Under the pieces are notes generated by a model. It saw only the letters and a list, made by a program, of their open reading frames with translations, made no database searches and was not told the DNA's origin. A program made the position numbers and the translations under genes. Of a stretch of DNA of 64,000 bases, positions 47,858-58,848 are shown piece after piece. The stretch's first letter is position 1. Every line of letters starts with the position of its first letter. The DNA comes from Candidatus Cryptobacteroides sp. (GTDB lineage: Bacteria > Bacteroidota > Bacteroidia > Bacteroidales > UBA932). The stretch lies in contig JBGVEY010000042.1 of NCBI GenBank assembly GCA_045120635.1, forward strand, positions 7,773-71,772. The letters are read 5' to 3'.

Positions 47858-48714
47858 TATCTGAGCATGAGTTCAGCCTCACCGAGTTTTGTCTGCTCTG
47901 TATAAGCCTCAAGTGTGTAGATACCCTTCACATACTCCGGAATCTCATTCACATAGATTCCCATCTCAACTTCCTTACCCTCATAATCCACCTCACGTGA
48001 AGCTGTGCAGATCATAGGCTCTCCTCCGTTTACAGAGAATGTTCTCTGAGTACTGTTTGTAAGGAGGATTCCATCCGGATCCTTGACTCTGATATATACT
48101 CTGATCGGTCCCTTTGCTGCGAGATCATTCTCCACAAGCGCAAGACTTGCGATGAGCTTCACAACTCGGCTGCTTCTGTCAGTGATCTTGTCAGTAGAGT
48201 TATATGCGTCGAGCTTGATACCGCGCGCCTTCACTACAGAACCTACAGCAACCTGACCGCTGAGATTCTGAACTGTCTTGCTGAGTTCCTCTGACTTCTT
48301 ACGGCTCTCTGCTGCCTCACGACGTGCAGCAGCTGCGTCGGCTGTAAGCCTCTTGTTCAAAGTGTTGAGAGAGTCGATCTGTACGATGTAATTACGCATG
48401 ATGCTTCTGAGAGTACCGAGTTCCTTCTCATACTGACGCATCTTGCTTCTGTTTGTAGCCTCGGTCTTCTTGATTCTCTCGATGAGCTGTGACACTTCCT
48501 CACGTGAAGAGTCAAGCTGAGAGTTGATCATATCATAGTCAGAAGACAGAGAAGCATAGTCGTTCTGAAGAGCGATCATCTGCGATGTGAGTTCCTCCTT
48601 CTCTACATTGAGCTCATTCACGAGAGAAGACTTGCTCCACCAGATATAAGCGAGAGCGCCCGCCAAAAGCACAGCCACAGCTGCAAGTGCATAAATTACT
48701 TTCTTTAAATCCAT
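47857..48714 (-). CDS. Membrane-anchored coiled-coil hypothetical protein
   Basis: N-terminal TM, long heptad region, beta-rich C-terminal domain; stop overlaps the hemW start. Confidence 0.8.
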   Translation of the reverse strand: MDLKKVIYALAAVAVLLAGALAYIWWSKSSLVNELNVEKEELTSQMIALQNDYASLSSDYDMINSQLDSSREEVSQLIERIKKTEATNRSKMRQYEKELGTLRSIMRNYIVQIDSLNTLNKRLTADAAAARREAAESRKKSEELSKTVQNLSGQVAVGSVVKARGIKLDAYNSTDKITDRSSRVVKLIASLALVENDLAAKGPIRVYIRVKDPDGILLTNSTQRTFSVNGGEPMICTASREVDYEGKEVEMGIYVNEIPEYVKGIYTLEAYTEQTKLGEAELMLR

Positions 48715-48809
48715 AATTTTCCGATTTATAACATAAGATTGCAAATATAGTGAATTCTGAGATTTTTGCTATATTTGTAAACATTCAAATCAACTACAAC
48801 TTTAACGCC

Positions 48810-49280
48810 ATGAGATATTTAATCAGAGCAATCAAATACTTCATCTACTTCTCCCTGATGTGTGCAGTCATCGTCACTGTACTTGTGCTTATCGGAGCCG
48901 TCGAGGGTGGCGTGGACAACATTTTTGACGAAGGATACAGATCAATAGGCAAGATTGCTATATTTTTTGCTATTGTCTCTGCTGCATATCCGAAGTTCGG
49001 ATTCATTTGCCGCGAGATGAACTTCAACGGAACATGGGACGGAATCCGCAACCGGACTGTAGAGTTCATGAGCGAAAGACAGTACTCACTCGAGTCAGAG
49101 AACGCCGAAAAGGTAACGTTCAGATACAGAGGCATGGCAGGAAGACTCTCAAAGATGCTTGAGGACAGGGTCACACTGACAAAGACAGAGGAAGGATGGC
49201 AGATGGAAGGCCTCAGAAAAGACGTGCTGAGACTGGCTTCCGGATTGGAAAATCGCCTTACCCCGCAGGATGCGGAATAA
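48810..49280 (+). CDS. Hypothetical membrane protein
   Basis: MRYLIRAIKYF, two TM helices, AYPKFGF; TATATTTG box upstream. Confidence 0.75.
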   Translation: MRYLIRAIKYFIYFSLMCAVIVTVLVLIGAVEGGVDNIFDEGYRSIGKIAIFFAIVSAAYPKFGFICREMNFNGTWDGIRNRTVEFMSERQYSLESENAEKVTFRYRGMAGRLSKMLEDRVTLTKTEEGWQMEGLRKDVLRLASGLENRLTPQDAE

Positions 49281-49311
49281 GGCAATATATAAAACATTAA
49301 AGATTAAGACT

Positions 49312-49530
49312 ATGGATGACTTGAAAACTGTAGCGACATTCGCTGATCCGATGCTTGCCAGCATCGCACAAGGTCTGCTCCAATCCAACGGGATCGAAGC
49401 AGGTGTATTCGGAGAGGTTTCAGCCTATCCGTCTTTCAATGTAGCCGAGCAGAATATCGAGCTCAAAGTCAACGCCGCTGACTATGATTCAGCGTTGAGC
49501 ATCTTGGCAGCTTCCGACAAGGCCGAGTAG
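49312..49530 (+). CDS. DUF2007-like small protein
   Basis: TVATF..PMLASIAQGLLQSNGIEA...IELKVNAADYDSA. Confidence 0.75.
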   Translation: MDDLKTVATFADPMLASIAQGLLQSNGIEAGVFGEVSAYPSFNVAEQNIELKVNAADYDSALSILAASDKAE

Positions 49531-50078
49531 AAATCCTCGCCGAAATAACGTTCGATAGGTTCGCGTAGAAATTCATATACGCGAATCTTTTCTTTTTTAC
49601 CCTTCTCAAATGCATCCTTGCAGATATGCCATCTGTGAAGATTGAGGGCACGCATTCCGTTACGGAGCTGTGTGATACGGATAGGATAAAGCCAGCATGA
49701 AATCGGCTTGCGGAAATCCCCGTTACCCTGGAACCAGCAACGTTCCATTGCACAGAAGCAGTTACCCTCCTCATCGAAATGAGTAAAGGCACACTCCTCG
49801 CTGCCCGGAACGAGCGGGGTAACCATATCTCCATCCCTGTCGATTTCAAAGAAACCCTTGGCAGCAACCGCCGCACGACCTTCTTCCGACATGATCGGAG
49901 AGAAAATTTCATAGTTCTTCTCGATAGCCTCAGCCTCGATCTCCTCGAGCGGAGCGCCGCTGTCGCCGATTATGCAGCAGCAACCTTTGCACTTCTCATA
50001 ATCGCATGCATAATATTCTGTCAGAATCTCCTCTGACACGAGACAGTCGTCTATCTCGATAATTGTTCCGTGATACAT
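49482..50078 (-). CDS. DUF3109 family Cys-rich protein
   Basis: CDYEKCKGCCCIIGDSGAPL, ECAF, KPISCWLYPIR, HRWHIC. Confidence 0.9.
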   Translation of the reverse strand: MYHGTIIEIDDCLVSEEILTEYYACDYEKCKGCCCIIGDSGAPLEEIEAEAIEKNYEIFSPIMSEEGRAAVAAKGFFEIDRDGDMVTPLVPGSEECAFTHFDEEGNCFCAMERCWFQGNGDFRKPISCWLYPIRITQLRNGMRALNLHRWHICKDAFEKGKKEKIRVYEFLREPIERYFGEDFYSALSEAAKMLNAES

Positions 50079-50085
50079 CTGTTTC

Positions 50086-52671
50086 CTATTTTCCTGTTAT
50101 TACATACTCTATCTTCGAGTTGCTGCCCAAGACATCCAGCATGGCTCTGACATTGGCCTCAGAGATGCTCTTTATCTTGTTCTCGGCGCCTGTTGTGAAG
50201 TCCTTGCCGTCAAGGTATCTGAGATTGATGGCGCTCACCCAATATTCCGGAGTCTCCTTTGCCACAGCAAGCTGTCTCTCAAGCCTTTCCTTGTAGGAAG
50301 CCAGCGCAGCCTTGTCCACTTTCACCTGAGAAAGATCCGAGAAGGCGTTCCTCATTACAGAAAGGGCCTCTCCCATGCTGTACTCCGATGTGCCGGAGGC
50401 AAAACCCTCTGAGGAGGCCTCGCTTACAGACACCCTCATCAGCACACTTTCCTGCGGGAATCGCCTGCACTCGTAGCCGACATCGACACTCATTCCCTTT
50501 CCGGCAAGTTCCTGGGCGAAATGCCTTCTCAGCATCATTGATGTGATGGCAGCCGTATATGAATTCTCCGCCGTCATAGCCATCGGAGCTGTAAGGACGG
50601 CATTCACGCTGTTGCCGTTGCCGCGTCTGTCATATCTCTCGATTCCGGAGAAACTGCGGGTATGTGTCTCAGTCCTCCTGAAAGTCTTGTCTGTCGTCTT
50701 GAAATTGCCCGCATATGCCATCAACGCCGTCTTGAGTTTCTTCTCGTCAATGTTTCCGACAAGCACCAGCACTCCGTTGTTGACATTCTGCGACAACGAG
50801 TTGAAAAACGCCTCAGCCTTATCCGCAAAGCCCTCGTTCAGACATGCGCCGTTTCCGGATGCGCAGCTTGCCTTCTGTCGCAGAGCCTCACATTTCAGAT
50901 AATAGTCCCATGCTGTCCGATCAGGAGTCCTTTCGTTCATCATGGAGATCAAAGCACGGAGCATATATTCCAATTCGTATGAAGGGACATCACCCCTGAT
51001 CACAGTCGAAGAGTGGCCCACCTCGAAGTTCATCTTCATGCCACGACGTCTGAGTGCATCCCTGAACTCTTTTCCGGTGACACCTGAGACCTTGCAGTTA
51101 TCAAGATAATCCGTAAGATACTGTCCGTCATCGGCGCCTAAACCCTCTACGTTTCCGGTGCCTCCATTAAGAGACAGAGAATAATGAATGGCATCGCCTT
51201 CCGACTTCATGTTCCTGAAGATGATTCTCATTCCGTTAGACAAGGTCCATACTGATCCTCCCGAAAGATATTCGCTCTTCATTGATTTCACCTTCACCTC
51301 CGGACCTGTACCAGGAAGGAACGGCACGCTTAACACATTGGAAAACTCCGGCTTCTCCTGCGCAGCCTGGGCCCAGGCGTTCTGGAATGTCTCTTTGAGA
51401 GCATCTGCCGTCACATACAGACTGTCTGACGTACACCTCAACGTAAGGTTCTTCTCTCCGTCAAGGGCGTTTGACGCGATCGAGAAAAGCAGTCTGCTTT
51501 CCGTATCATCCGATATGTCCTTTGAAAGATAGAACTTCCTGATATCATCCCTCGAGGACAGCGACGTGTTGTATACGAATGCGGAAACGCACCTGTTCAC
51601 ATACTCGATATTAGCGACGTCCCTGCGCTTGACCTCCGACGAAATCATATCCACAAAATCCAGGGATGCTTTTCCCGCCTCCACCGGCTCCACACCATAT
51701 GAATCAATCGAAGACAAAGTCTCGGCGACTACAGCAGTTGCGTTCAAGACGTCATCGGCAGACACCGCAACTTCTACAGAGAACTCTCCATCTCCGATCG
51801 TGCCCAATCCTCCTACGTAGTCAATATCAACAGATGCCGCTGAGATATTCTGCTCACGAAGTTCCTGCAGAATACGCTCACGCGCCACCATTCCCGTCAT
51901 TGTCATATATTTCCTGAAGATGGCAGGCTGGACGGTATTCATCAGTTCCCTTGGAGTCCTTTCAAGTTTCCACCTGGCCGCAACTCTGACAATGCCCAGC
52001 TCATATCCCCGGCAGACCTCTGTCGAAATCTCCGGTGTATTCTTCCATACATAACCCTGTCTCTGAACCGACTCGGATTTCGGGAACATATAGGAAAGCA
52101 TCTTCAGTTTTTCCGAAACCGTATTCGCATCAACATCTCCGGCCACAATGATAGCCTGATCAGCTGGAGCATACCATTTTCTGATGACAGGATCATCCGA
52201 CCTGTCATATCTTCCCGCTACATTCATCAACACAAGCAGAGTCGAATCAAGAACCGACCCTGAAAGTTTCATGTTCACGTTTCTGAACTTGAAGACAGTA
52301 GCATTGTCCTTGACCTCCACAAAACCTTCCGGTCCCGGTATACAACCCTTTCCGATGAAGTAGTCCTGCACAGACGGTGCAGTCAGAAGAGGCTGGGACA
52401 TAAGGGCATCCTGCGCTATTGCGACAACTGTTTCACGGTCTGTCTCTGCATCGGTCTGCGAACCTGTCATCTGTACAAGGGCGAAATCTGCTGTACCCTT
52501 GACGTACGTGTTTGTAGCGACATACCAGGTGATTCCGTTGGGCAGAACACCTGACTTTACCGCCGGATCCGGAGGGAGCACTGCAACGTCTTGACCATAA
52601 ATCGCATCTGATAAGAGGGTCAGGGCAAGAATAAGCAGTCCGGCTACATGTCTTTTGGGGATATATTTCAT
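50086..52671 (-). CDS. M16 (insulinase/PqqL-like) peptidase homologue lacking HxxEH
   Basis: Signal peptide, DPAVKSGVLPNGITWYV, KWYAP...IIVAGDVD, WTLSNGMRI; no zinc motif. Confidence 0.75.
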   Translation of the reverse strand: MKYIPKRHVAGLLILALTLLSDAIYGQDVAVLPPDPAVKSGVLPNGITWYVATNTYVKGTADFALVQMTGSQTDAETDRETVVAIAQDALMSQPLLTAPSVQDYFIGKGCIPGPEGFVEVKDNATVFKFRNVNMKLSGSVLDSTLLVLMNVAGRYDRSDDPVIRKWYAPADQAIIVAGDVDANTVSEKLKMLSYMFPKSESVQRQGYVWKNTPEISTEVCRGYELGIVRVAARWKLERTPRELMNTVQPAIFRKYMTMTGMVARERILQELREQNISAASVDIDYVGGLGTIGDGEFSVEVAVSADDVLNATAVVAETLSSIDSYGVEPVEAGKASLDFVDMISSEVKRRDVANIEYVNRCVSAFVYNTSLSSRDDIRKFYLSKDISDDTESRLLFSIASNALDGEKNLTLRCTSDSLYVTADALKETFQNAWAQAAQEKPEFSNVLSVPFLPGTGPEVKVKSMKSEYLSGGSVWTLSNGMRIIFRNMKSEGDAIHYSLSLNGGTGNVEGLGADDGQYLTDYLDNCKVSGVTGKEFRDALRRRGMKMNFEVGHSSTVIRGDVPSYELEYMLRALISMMNERTPDRTAWDYYLKCEALRQKASCASGNGACLNEGFADKAEAFFNSLSQNVNNGVLVLVGNIDEKKLKTALMAYAGNFKTTDKTFRRTETHTRSFSGIERYDRRGNGNSVNAVLTAPMAMTAENSYTAAITSMMLRRHFAQELAGKGMSVDVGYECRRFPQESVLMRVSVSEASSEGFASGTSEYSMGEALSVMRNAFSDLSQVKVDKAALASYKERLERQLAVAKETPEYWVSAINLRYLDGKDFTTGAENKIKSISEANVRAMLDVLGSNSKIEYVITGK

Positions 52672-52782
52672 AGTTAAAAATCTCAAAAGCGAATACACAT
52701 TGCAAAAATACGACAAAATTTTCCTATTTTTGCACTTCATGCACTATGACTAATTAAAGTTGAACAAAACATACCAAAAACA

Positions 52783-53715
52783 ATGAAAAAGATTTTCCTT
52801 TTGTTTGCAGCAGCTGTAATGGCAGCTGGAGTAGCGTCCGCACAGGACATCAACAAGGCAATTGAACTTGCCAACAGCGGTAACGAGGCGTTCCAGATGG
52901 GCGAATACGAGCTTGCTGTAAACGCATTCAAAGAGTCACTTGCAATCGCTGAAGGACTTGGCGAAGAGGGTGCTGAGCACGTAAACACATGTAAGACAGC
53001 CATCTGCAACCTTTATCTTGCACACGCAAAGAACCTTATCAAGGCTGCTGATTTCGACGGCGCACTCGCAAAGCTCGAAGAGACAATCGCAGTTACTACA
53101 GGTTACGGTGAGACTGCAACAGCTGATGACGCAAAGAACCTCATCCCACAGGTTTACATGCAGAAGGGAAACACTGCATACAAGGCTAAGGATATGGCTG
53201 GTGCAGTAGCAGCTTACACAAAGGTAACTGAGCTCAACCCTGAGAACGGCGACGCATACCTCCTTATCGGTAGAGCACAGGCAGCTTGCGGCAAGATGGC
53301 TGAGGCAGTGGCAGCTTACGAGACTGCAATGCAGTATGGCGAAGAGGCAGCAGCAAAGAAGCAGCTTTCGACTCTCTTCCTCAAGAAGGCACAGGCTTGT
53401 GCAAAGGCTAAGGACAACAAGGGTACTATCGACAACGCTCTCAAGGCTAACGAGTACCTCGAGAACGCTAACGCATACAAGCTCGCAGCAAGCGCTGCTC
53501 AGAAGATGGGCAACAACGCACAGTGCATCGAGTTCTACGAGAAGTACCTTGCAGTCAAGCCAGACGCAAAGGACGCAGCAGGCGTGACATTCACAATCGC
53601 AGCTCTCTACCAGCAGGACGGCAACAAGGCTAAGGCAATCGAGAACTACGAGAAGGTAGCTAACGACCCTCAGTACGGTGCAGGCGCACAGGAGCAGCTC
53701 AAAGTCCTCAAATAA
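52783..53715 (+). CDS. Exported tetratricopeptide repeat protein
   Basis: Signal peptide, repeated TPR patterns, highly biased codon usage. Confidence 0.9.
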   Translation: MKKIFLLFAAAVMAAGVASAQDINKAIELANSGNEAFQMGEYELAVNAFKESLAIAEGLGEEGAEHVNTCKTAICNLYLAHAKNLIKAADFDGALAKLEETIAVTTGYGETATADDAKNLIPQVYMQKGNTAYKAKDMAGAVAAYTKVTELNPENGDAYLLIGRAQAACGKMAEAVAAYETAMQYGEEAAAKKQLSTLFLKKAQACAKAKDNKGTIDNALKANEYLENANAYKLAASAAQKMGNNAQCIEFYEKYLAVKPDAKDAAGVTFTIAALYQQDGNKAKAIENYEKVANDPQYGAGAQEQLKVLK

Positions 53716-53720
53716 TCCTG

Positions 53721-55583
53721 ATGAGACAGCTTGAACTGCTTGCTCCGGCAAGAGACAGACAGATCGGCATCGCAGCAATCGACTGCGGTGCCGATGCTGT
53801 GTATATAGCCGGTCCGCAGTTCGGCGCACGTCAGGCTGCCGGAAATTCCGTAGAGGATATCCGGTCATTGTGCGAATATGCACACCGTTTCGGGGTGAAG
53901 ATCTTCATTACCCTGAACACAATCCTATATGATTCCGAGCTGGAGGAAGCCTACAGATTCATGCTGGAGGTCCAGAAGGCCGGAGCAGACGCCATCATTG
54001 TACAGGATCTTGCTGTAGTAAAGATGGCACGTGAGGGTTTCGGAGGCAGGTTCGAACCTATCACAATCCCGCTTCACGCCTCCACACAATGTTCGATACG
54101 CACCCCGGAACAGGCGGTCTTCCTGGAAAGTCTCGGATTCTCGCGCCTCATTCTCGAAAGGGAACTTTCGCTGGATCAGATCCGCGCAATCAGAGAGGCT
54201 GTCAGCTGCGAACTTGAGTTCTTCGTACACGGAGCCATATGCGTATGCTACAACGGCCAGTGTTACCTGTCCGAAATGATCGCCGGAAGAAGCGCCAACA
54301 GAGGAGCATGCATCCAGGCATGCCGTTCACGCTATGACCTCGTGGATGCCACCGGAAAGGTTCTCGTAAAAGACAAGGCTCTGCTGTCACTGAAGGACTA
54401 CAATCTGCGAGGCAGACTGAGGGAACTTGCTGAGGCCGGAATAACATCCTTCAAGATCGAGGGACGTCTGAAAAACGAATCATACGTCCGCAATGTGGTC
54501 AGGGATTATTCCATCGCCCTTGACCGACTCATCGAAGACAACCCATCAGAATACGATAGAGAGTCGTTCGGACACGTTTCCGGAGGCTTTACACCTGACA
54601 CCGACAAGACCTTCAACAGAGGATACACAGAGCTCTTCCTTGACGGCAAGCGCGGTAAATGGGCTGCGATGGATGCAGCAAAGTCAATGGGAGAAATGGT
54701 CGGCACCGTGGCATCCGTCGGCAGAAACAGCATTGAGGTACGTTTGAACAAGGACGTCGTACTTGGAAACGGAGACGGATTCTCATTCGTGTCCAAATCC
54801 GGCAAGGTGGAAGGTTTCCGCGGAGACGTATGCTCAGGAAGCACCATCCGATGCAAGATTCTTCCTACCCTGTTTGCTGGTGCCGTTCTATACAGAAACA
54901 TAAACGCAGCATTTGAGAAGGAGATTGAGAGGCAGGCCTGCACGAGGGAAATCGGCGTGAGCGTAACCTTGAATTTCCCATACAGGGACGGACAATGGAC
55001 TCTACACGCTTCCGCAACGACAGAAGACGGACGCAAGGTCGAGGCCGTGAGCGAACCCTTGGATCAGAAAGCCGACAATCAGGAAAGAATGTCCGGCATG
55101 CTTGAAAGCCAGATCTGCAAATCCACCGGGCACTACCGTTTCTCATTGTCCGAAGTCAACGCACCGGACGGACTTCCGTTCATGAGCGCATCGGCGCTGA
55201 ACGGAATAAGACGCGCCATCGCAGAACAGCTGGACATAACCCCTGCAATTGCAAGGAAACTTCTCAACAGGCCTCTTGAAGGTCTTCGTATCGCACCATT
55301 CCCGGAGAAGAACGTAACTTACAAACAGAACGTATCCAACCGTCTTTCCGCCGATGTATATGCTTCTGCCGGAGTCGGAGCCATTGAGGACGCATATGAA
55401 CTTTCGCACCGCAAAGGTGCCGAACTGATGCGCACAAAATACTGTATCCGATATGAACTCGGCCTCTGTCCTATCCGCCAGAACGCAAAACAAAGCGCTC
55501 CGCTCTTCCTTCTGAACAACGGCAAGCGCCTTGCACTCCATTTCGACTGTCGCCGCTGTGAGATGACCGTCACAGAAGCGTAG
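53721..55583 (+). CDS. Peptidase U32 family protein (RlhA-like RNA hydroxylation factor)
   Basis: LELLAPA, GADAVY, HASTQ, HGAICVCYNGQC, NRGACIQACR, FKIEGR, C-terminal LMRTKYCIRYELGLC. Confidence 0.88.
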   Translation: MRQLELLAPARDRQIGIAAIDCGADAVYIAGPQFGARQAAGNSVEDIRSLCEYAHRFGVKIFITLNTILYDSELEEAYRFMLEVQKAGADAIIVQDLAVVKMAREGFGGRFEPITIPLHASTQCSIRTPEQAVFLESLGFSRLILERELSLDQIRAIREAVSCELEFFVHGAICVCYNGQCYLSEMIAGRSANRGACIQACRSRYDLVDATGKVLVKDKALLSLKDYNLRGRLRELAEAGITSFKIEGRLKNESYVRNVVRDYSIALDRLIEDNPSEYDRESFGHVSGGFTPDTDKTFNRGYTELFLDGKRGKWAAMDAAKSMGEMVGTVASVGRNSIEVRLNKDVVLGNGDGFSFVSKSGKVEGFRGDVCSGSTIRCKILPTLFAGAVLYRNINAAFEKEIERQACTREIGVSVTLNFPYRDGQWTLHASATTEDGRKVEAVSEPLDQKADNQERMSGMLESQICKSTGHYRFSLSEVNAPDGLPFMSASALNGIRRAIAEQLDITPAIARKLLNRPLEGLRIAPFPEKNVTYKQNVSNRLSADVYASAGVGAIEDAYELSHRKGAELMRTKYCIRYELGLCPIRQNAKQSAPLFLLNNGKRLALHFDCRRCEMTVTEA

Positions 55584-55590
55584 ATCACGA

Positions 55591-56790
55591 TCAATATTCC
55601 ATCAGTTCAAAAGTGAGGCTTACATCCCCGAAATTGGATGTGACATTGTCGTTAGCCTCAATCCAGCGATTGGTCAAATGGCCTCTCCATACTATGTCGT
55701 CCCTGGTATTGAACGGCAGGTTCATCTCCACGCCATAGCTTTTGGATGCAATCCTCACCAAAGCCGTACATTTCCATTCCGTACGTGTGCCGCCGTCATC
55801 CTCGGTTATCATGAATGCACAATGCGTCATCTGCGGGTTCCACTCCGGAACAAGCACGGCATTAAACGGCTGAGGCTGCCCTACATACTTACGTTTAACC
55901 ACAATCAGAAAGTCTGTAACAAGAGGATTGTACAATCTCAGTTCAGCCTCAGTCGATGCAGTGAAATCATCCAGAGAGCCGGTCTTGATCCAGAACTCGG
56001 ATCCTCCCGCGAACCAGGAATCCTGATTCCGATGCATGGTAAAGTCTTTCAGGACCAAGGTCTTCAGCTCCGCGCCCGTTTCCGCCTTGGATTTAGGCTT
56101 GACAATGATGGTTCCTCCTCCTTCTCCCCAATCCGGATCTTCCCTTCTCAACATCTCCAGCGTCGTGAATCCCGCATCTGAATTCCTGTTGACAACCCAC
56201 ACAGGCGTCTGCGCTGCCATCTCCTCATCAACAACAACCTCCTCAACACAACGGGAACCATCATCATTAACCGAAAGCCTATATCCTATATTCGCGTCTG
56301 ACTCGTCTTCCGGATCAAAGGTGATTACCGGCATTGCATCGCCGTCCCATTCCTCCGAAAAAGGCCAATATATCTGTATATCCGAGGCGGACAAAGCCTC
56401 AAGGAAATCGTCCGGACTGATTTGTCTACCGGCAGATTTTGTGGAAGCACCGCGCACATGACGCTCTATGAGGTCACGAAGACAGCCCTCGTCCGACTTC
56501 GGAAGCGCCGCCTTTGGCACAGTCTCACCGACGCCTGTTCCGGGCGCCTCAAAAAGATGCTTCATCGTATATTCCTCATCATATCCGTTGCCGGAGGACG
56601 AAACGACCGCTTTATGGACTTCATCCAGATGAGTCTGCCGCAACGGAACCGCCGCCAATATTTCCGCGATCTCACTCAATTCCACACGCACACTATCGCC
56701 TGGCGATGTATGTTTGTCCGGATCATCATCAAGCACCTCGCATGACATTAATGCCGACGTAACCAATGCGGCAAAGCCGATCTTCTTCAT
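55591..56790 (-). CDS. Hypothetical lipoprotein
   Basis: MKKIGFAALVTSALMSC lipobox; acidic C-terminal beta domain (DSWFAGGSE, EDDGG). Confidence 0.8.
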   Translation of the reverse strand: MKKIGFAALVTSALMSCEVLDDDPDKHTSPGDSVRVELSEIAEILAAVPLRQTHLDEVHKAVVSSSGNGYDEEYTMKHLFEAPGTGVGETVPKAALPKSDEGCLRDLIERHVRGASTKSAGRQISPDDFLEALSASDIQIYWPFSEEWDGDAMPVITFDPEDESDANIGYRLSVNDDGSRCVEEVVVDEEMAAQTPVWVVNRNSDAGFTTLEMLRREDPDWGEGGGTIIVKPKSKAETGAELKTLVLKDFTMHRNQDSWFAGGSEFWIKTGSLDDFTASTEAELRLYNPLVTDFLIVVKRKYVGQPQPFNAVLVPEWNPQMTHCAFMITEDDGGTRTEWKCTALVRIASKSYGVEMNLPFNTRDDIVWRGHLTNRWIEANDNVTSNFGDVSLTFELMEY

Positions 56791-56921
56791 ATACTCTCCC
56801 ATACTCTTCATTTTTCAATGCAAAGGTCCATAGGATTATCCGCGTAAAAAAATTGTAGACGGATAAAATTGAAAATCGCCGCCCGAATACACTCAGACAG
56901 CGATTTTCAAAAACTATATTT

Positions 56922-57836
56922 TCAAAAAAAACGTTTTTTTTCGGGAAGCGGAACCCTGGAGAAACGGACAAAACGGTCTTTTTCATGAAGATCCTTCACT
57001 ATGTCCGCATATTTGAACCCTTTATCTACGAAGATCTGCATGGTTTCCGCACCAAGTGCCTCATTGATCTCGACGACACCCGCACCCTGATCTGACAACA
57101 GAGCCCGTGCCCACTCGGCAACCGCCGTATAGAACTTCAGGGCATCATTATCCGGAACAAAAAGGGCCAGATGAGGCTCATGGTCCAGAACATTGGTGCG
57201 CATAAGAACCTTTTCCGAGTCCATGACATATGGCGGATTGCTGACTATGATGTCATATTTTCCATTCTGGAGAAAATCATATCCTGACGCCGCAGGTTCC
57301 TTAAGAACATCCGCCTTGATGAATACAGGCGTTGAGGCTCCGACATGGGAAACATCTTCGGCAAAATTCTGCGACGAAGCTACTGCAAGGGCGCCGTCGG
57401 AGATATCCACCGCAGCTACCTTCGAGGTCGGAAGTTCAAGAGCAAGACTCCAGGCAATGCAGCCGCTGCCGGTGCACATATCCAGAATATTTACAGCAGT
57501 CCTGCCCTCTGCAAGTCCGGCAGCCTCCTGGACAAGCACTTCGGTTTCCCCTCGCGGAATCAGCACATCCGGAGTGACACGGAACTCTCGTCCGTAGAAA
57601 TAAGCCTTTCCGGTAATGTACTGAAGCGGGTGACCCGCCGCCATCTTTCCGAAATCAGCCAAAGCCCTGTCTGAATCAGCCTCTGAAAGATCGCGCTCCG
57701 GCTCAAGGATATGCGCATGACGTTTAAGACCGAAGACATCCTCCATATAAGCAAAGACCATCTCCTTCGCTTCCCCTTCGGGATATAGCCTGGAGACAGT
57801 CTCTATACCTTTATATATGATGTCCTTCAACAGCAT
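56922..57836 (-). CDS. prmC: Release factor glutamine methyltransferase
   Basis: PLQYITG, VLIPRGETE, LDMCTGSGCI, SNPPY. Confidence 0.95.
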   Translation of the reverse strand: MLLKDIIYKGIETVSRLYPEGEAKEMVFAYMEDVFGLKRHAHILEPERDLSEADSDRALADFGKMAAGHPLQYITGKAYFYGREFRVTPDVLIPRGETEVLVQEAAGLAEGRTAVNILDMCTGSGCIAWSLALELPTSKVAAVDISDGALAVASSQNFAEDVSHVGASTPVFIKADVLKEPAASGYDFLQNGKYDIIVSNPPYVMDSEKVLMRTNVLDHEPHLALFVPDNDALKFYTAVAEWARALLSDQGAGVVEINEALGAETMQIFVDKGFKYADIVKDLHEKDRFVRFSRVPLPEKKRFF

Positions 57837-57837
57837 C

Positions 57838-58845
57838 CTATGAGTTCTCGATGACAGTTGAAAGGAAGTCGGTCATTGAAAGACCCGCGGCACGCACCAT
57901 CTGAGGCACAAGCGAAGCTGAAGTCATTCCCGGGATGGTATTCACCTCGAGGAAGTAGAGGCCGTCTTCGGAAGAGATGTAGTCTACACGGACGAGGCCG
58001 GAGCAGCCGAGGTGCGCATAAATCTTCTTTGATACATCCTGGATTCTGTCGCGGAGAGTGTCCGGAATCTGTGCAGGACAGATCTCACGGCTGAGACCCT
58101 GATATTTCGCCTCATAGTCGAAGAACTCGTTCTCGGTAATGATCTCTATCACAGGAAGGGCCTGCAGTCCCTTTCCGTCGAAGTAGACCGCACAAGTGAG
58201 CTCACGACCTGCAACAGCAGCCTCTGCAAGCAACATGTTTCCCTCGGAAAAAGCCAACTCTACCGCCTTGTCGAAGTCCTCTACTTTCTTCACCTTGGTC
58301 ACACCGAAGCTGCTGCCTCCGTCTGTCGGCTTCACGAACATAGGAAGGCCGAGTTTCGCCACAGCCCTCTCTGCAAGACCTTCGACAGACTCTCCCTTGC
58401 GAAGGAATACATCATCCGCGCATTTCACATAATCCACATCCTTGAGGTAGCTCTTGCACGAGAACTTGTCGAATGTGATCGCCGCAACGAACGCATTGCA
58501 GCCGCTGTGAGGCACGCCAAGCATTTCAAGATAGCCCTGCATGAGACCGTTCTCGCCTGGAGTACCGTGCTGCATGATGTATGCATAGTCAAACTTTACC
58601 TTCTCACCGTCGAGAGACACTGAGAAGTCGCACTTGCAGATCTGAGGACGCTCGTTCTCAGGAAGGAGGACTCTCTCGCCTCCATTGCGTCTGTACGCTT
58701 TGAGAGTCCATTCGCCGAAACGTGCGAAAATCTCATACACATCGTACTTTGATCCATCGATCTGCGAAGCGGTATACTCACCGCTTTTTACCGACACCTC
58801 CCACTCAGAGGAATCGCTGCCATATATTACTGCTATTGATTTCAT
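57838..58845 (-). CDS. ddl: D-alanine--D-alanine ligase
   Basis: SSEWEVS, HGTPGENG, FVKP, GSSFG, FFDYEAKY, EVNTIPGMT. Confidence 0.96.
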   Translation of the reverse strand: MKSIAVIYGSDSSEWEVSVKSGEYTASQIDGSKYDVYEIFARFGEWTLKAYRRNGGERVLLPENERPQICKCDFSVSLDGEKVKFDYAYIMQHGTPGENGLMQGYLEMLGVPHSGCNAFVAAITFDKFSCKSYLKDVDYVKCADDVFLRKGESVEGLAERAVAKLGLPMFVKPTDGGSSFGVTKVKKVEDFDKAVELAFSEGNMLLAEAAVAGRELTCAVYFDGKGLQALPVIEIITENEFFDYEAKYQGLSREICPAQIPDTLRDRIQDVSKKIYAHLGCSGLVRVDYISSEDGLYFLEVNTIPGMTSASLVPQMVRAAGLSMTDFLSTVIENS

Positions 58846-58848
58846 AGA

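Noticed and set aside
52936-53883. 315-aa minus-strand ORF rich in Cys/Leu/Val
   Set aside because: Antisense shadow of the codon-biased TPR gene; no motifs.
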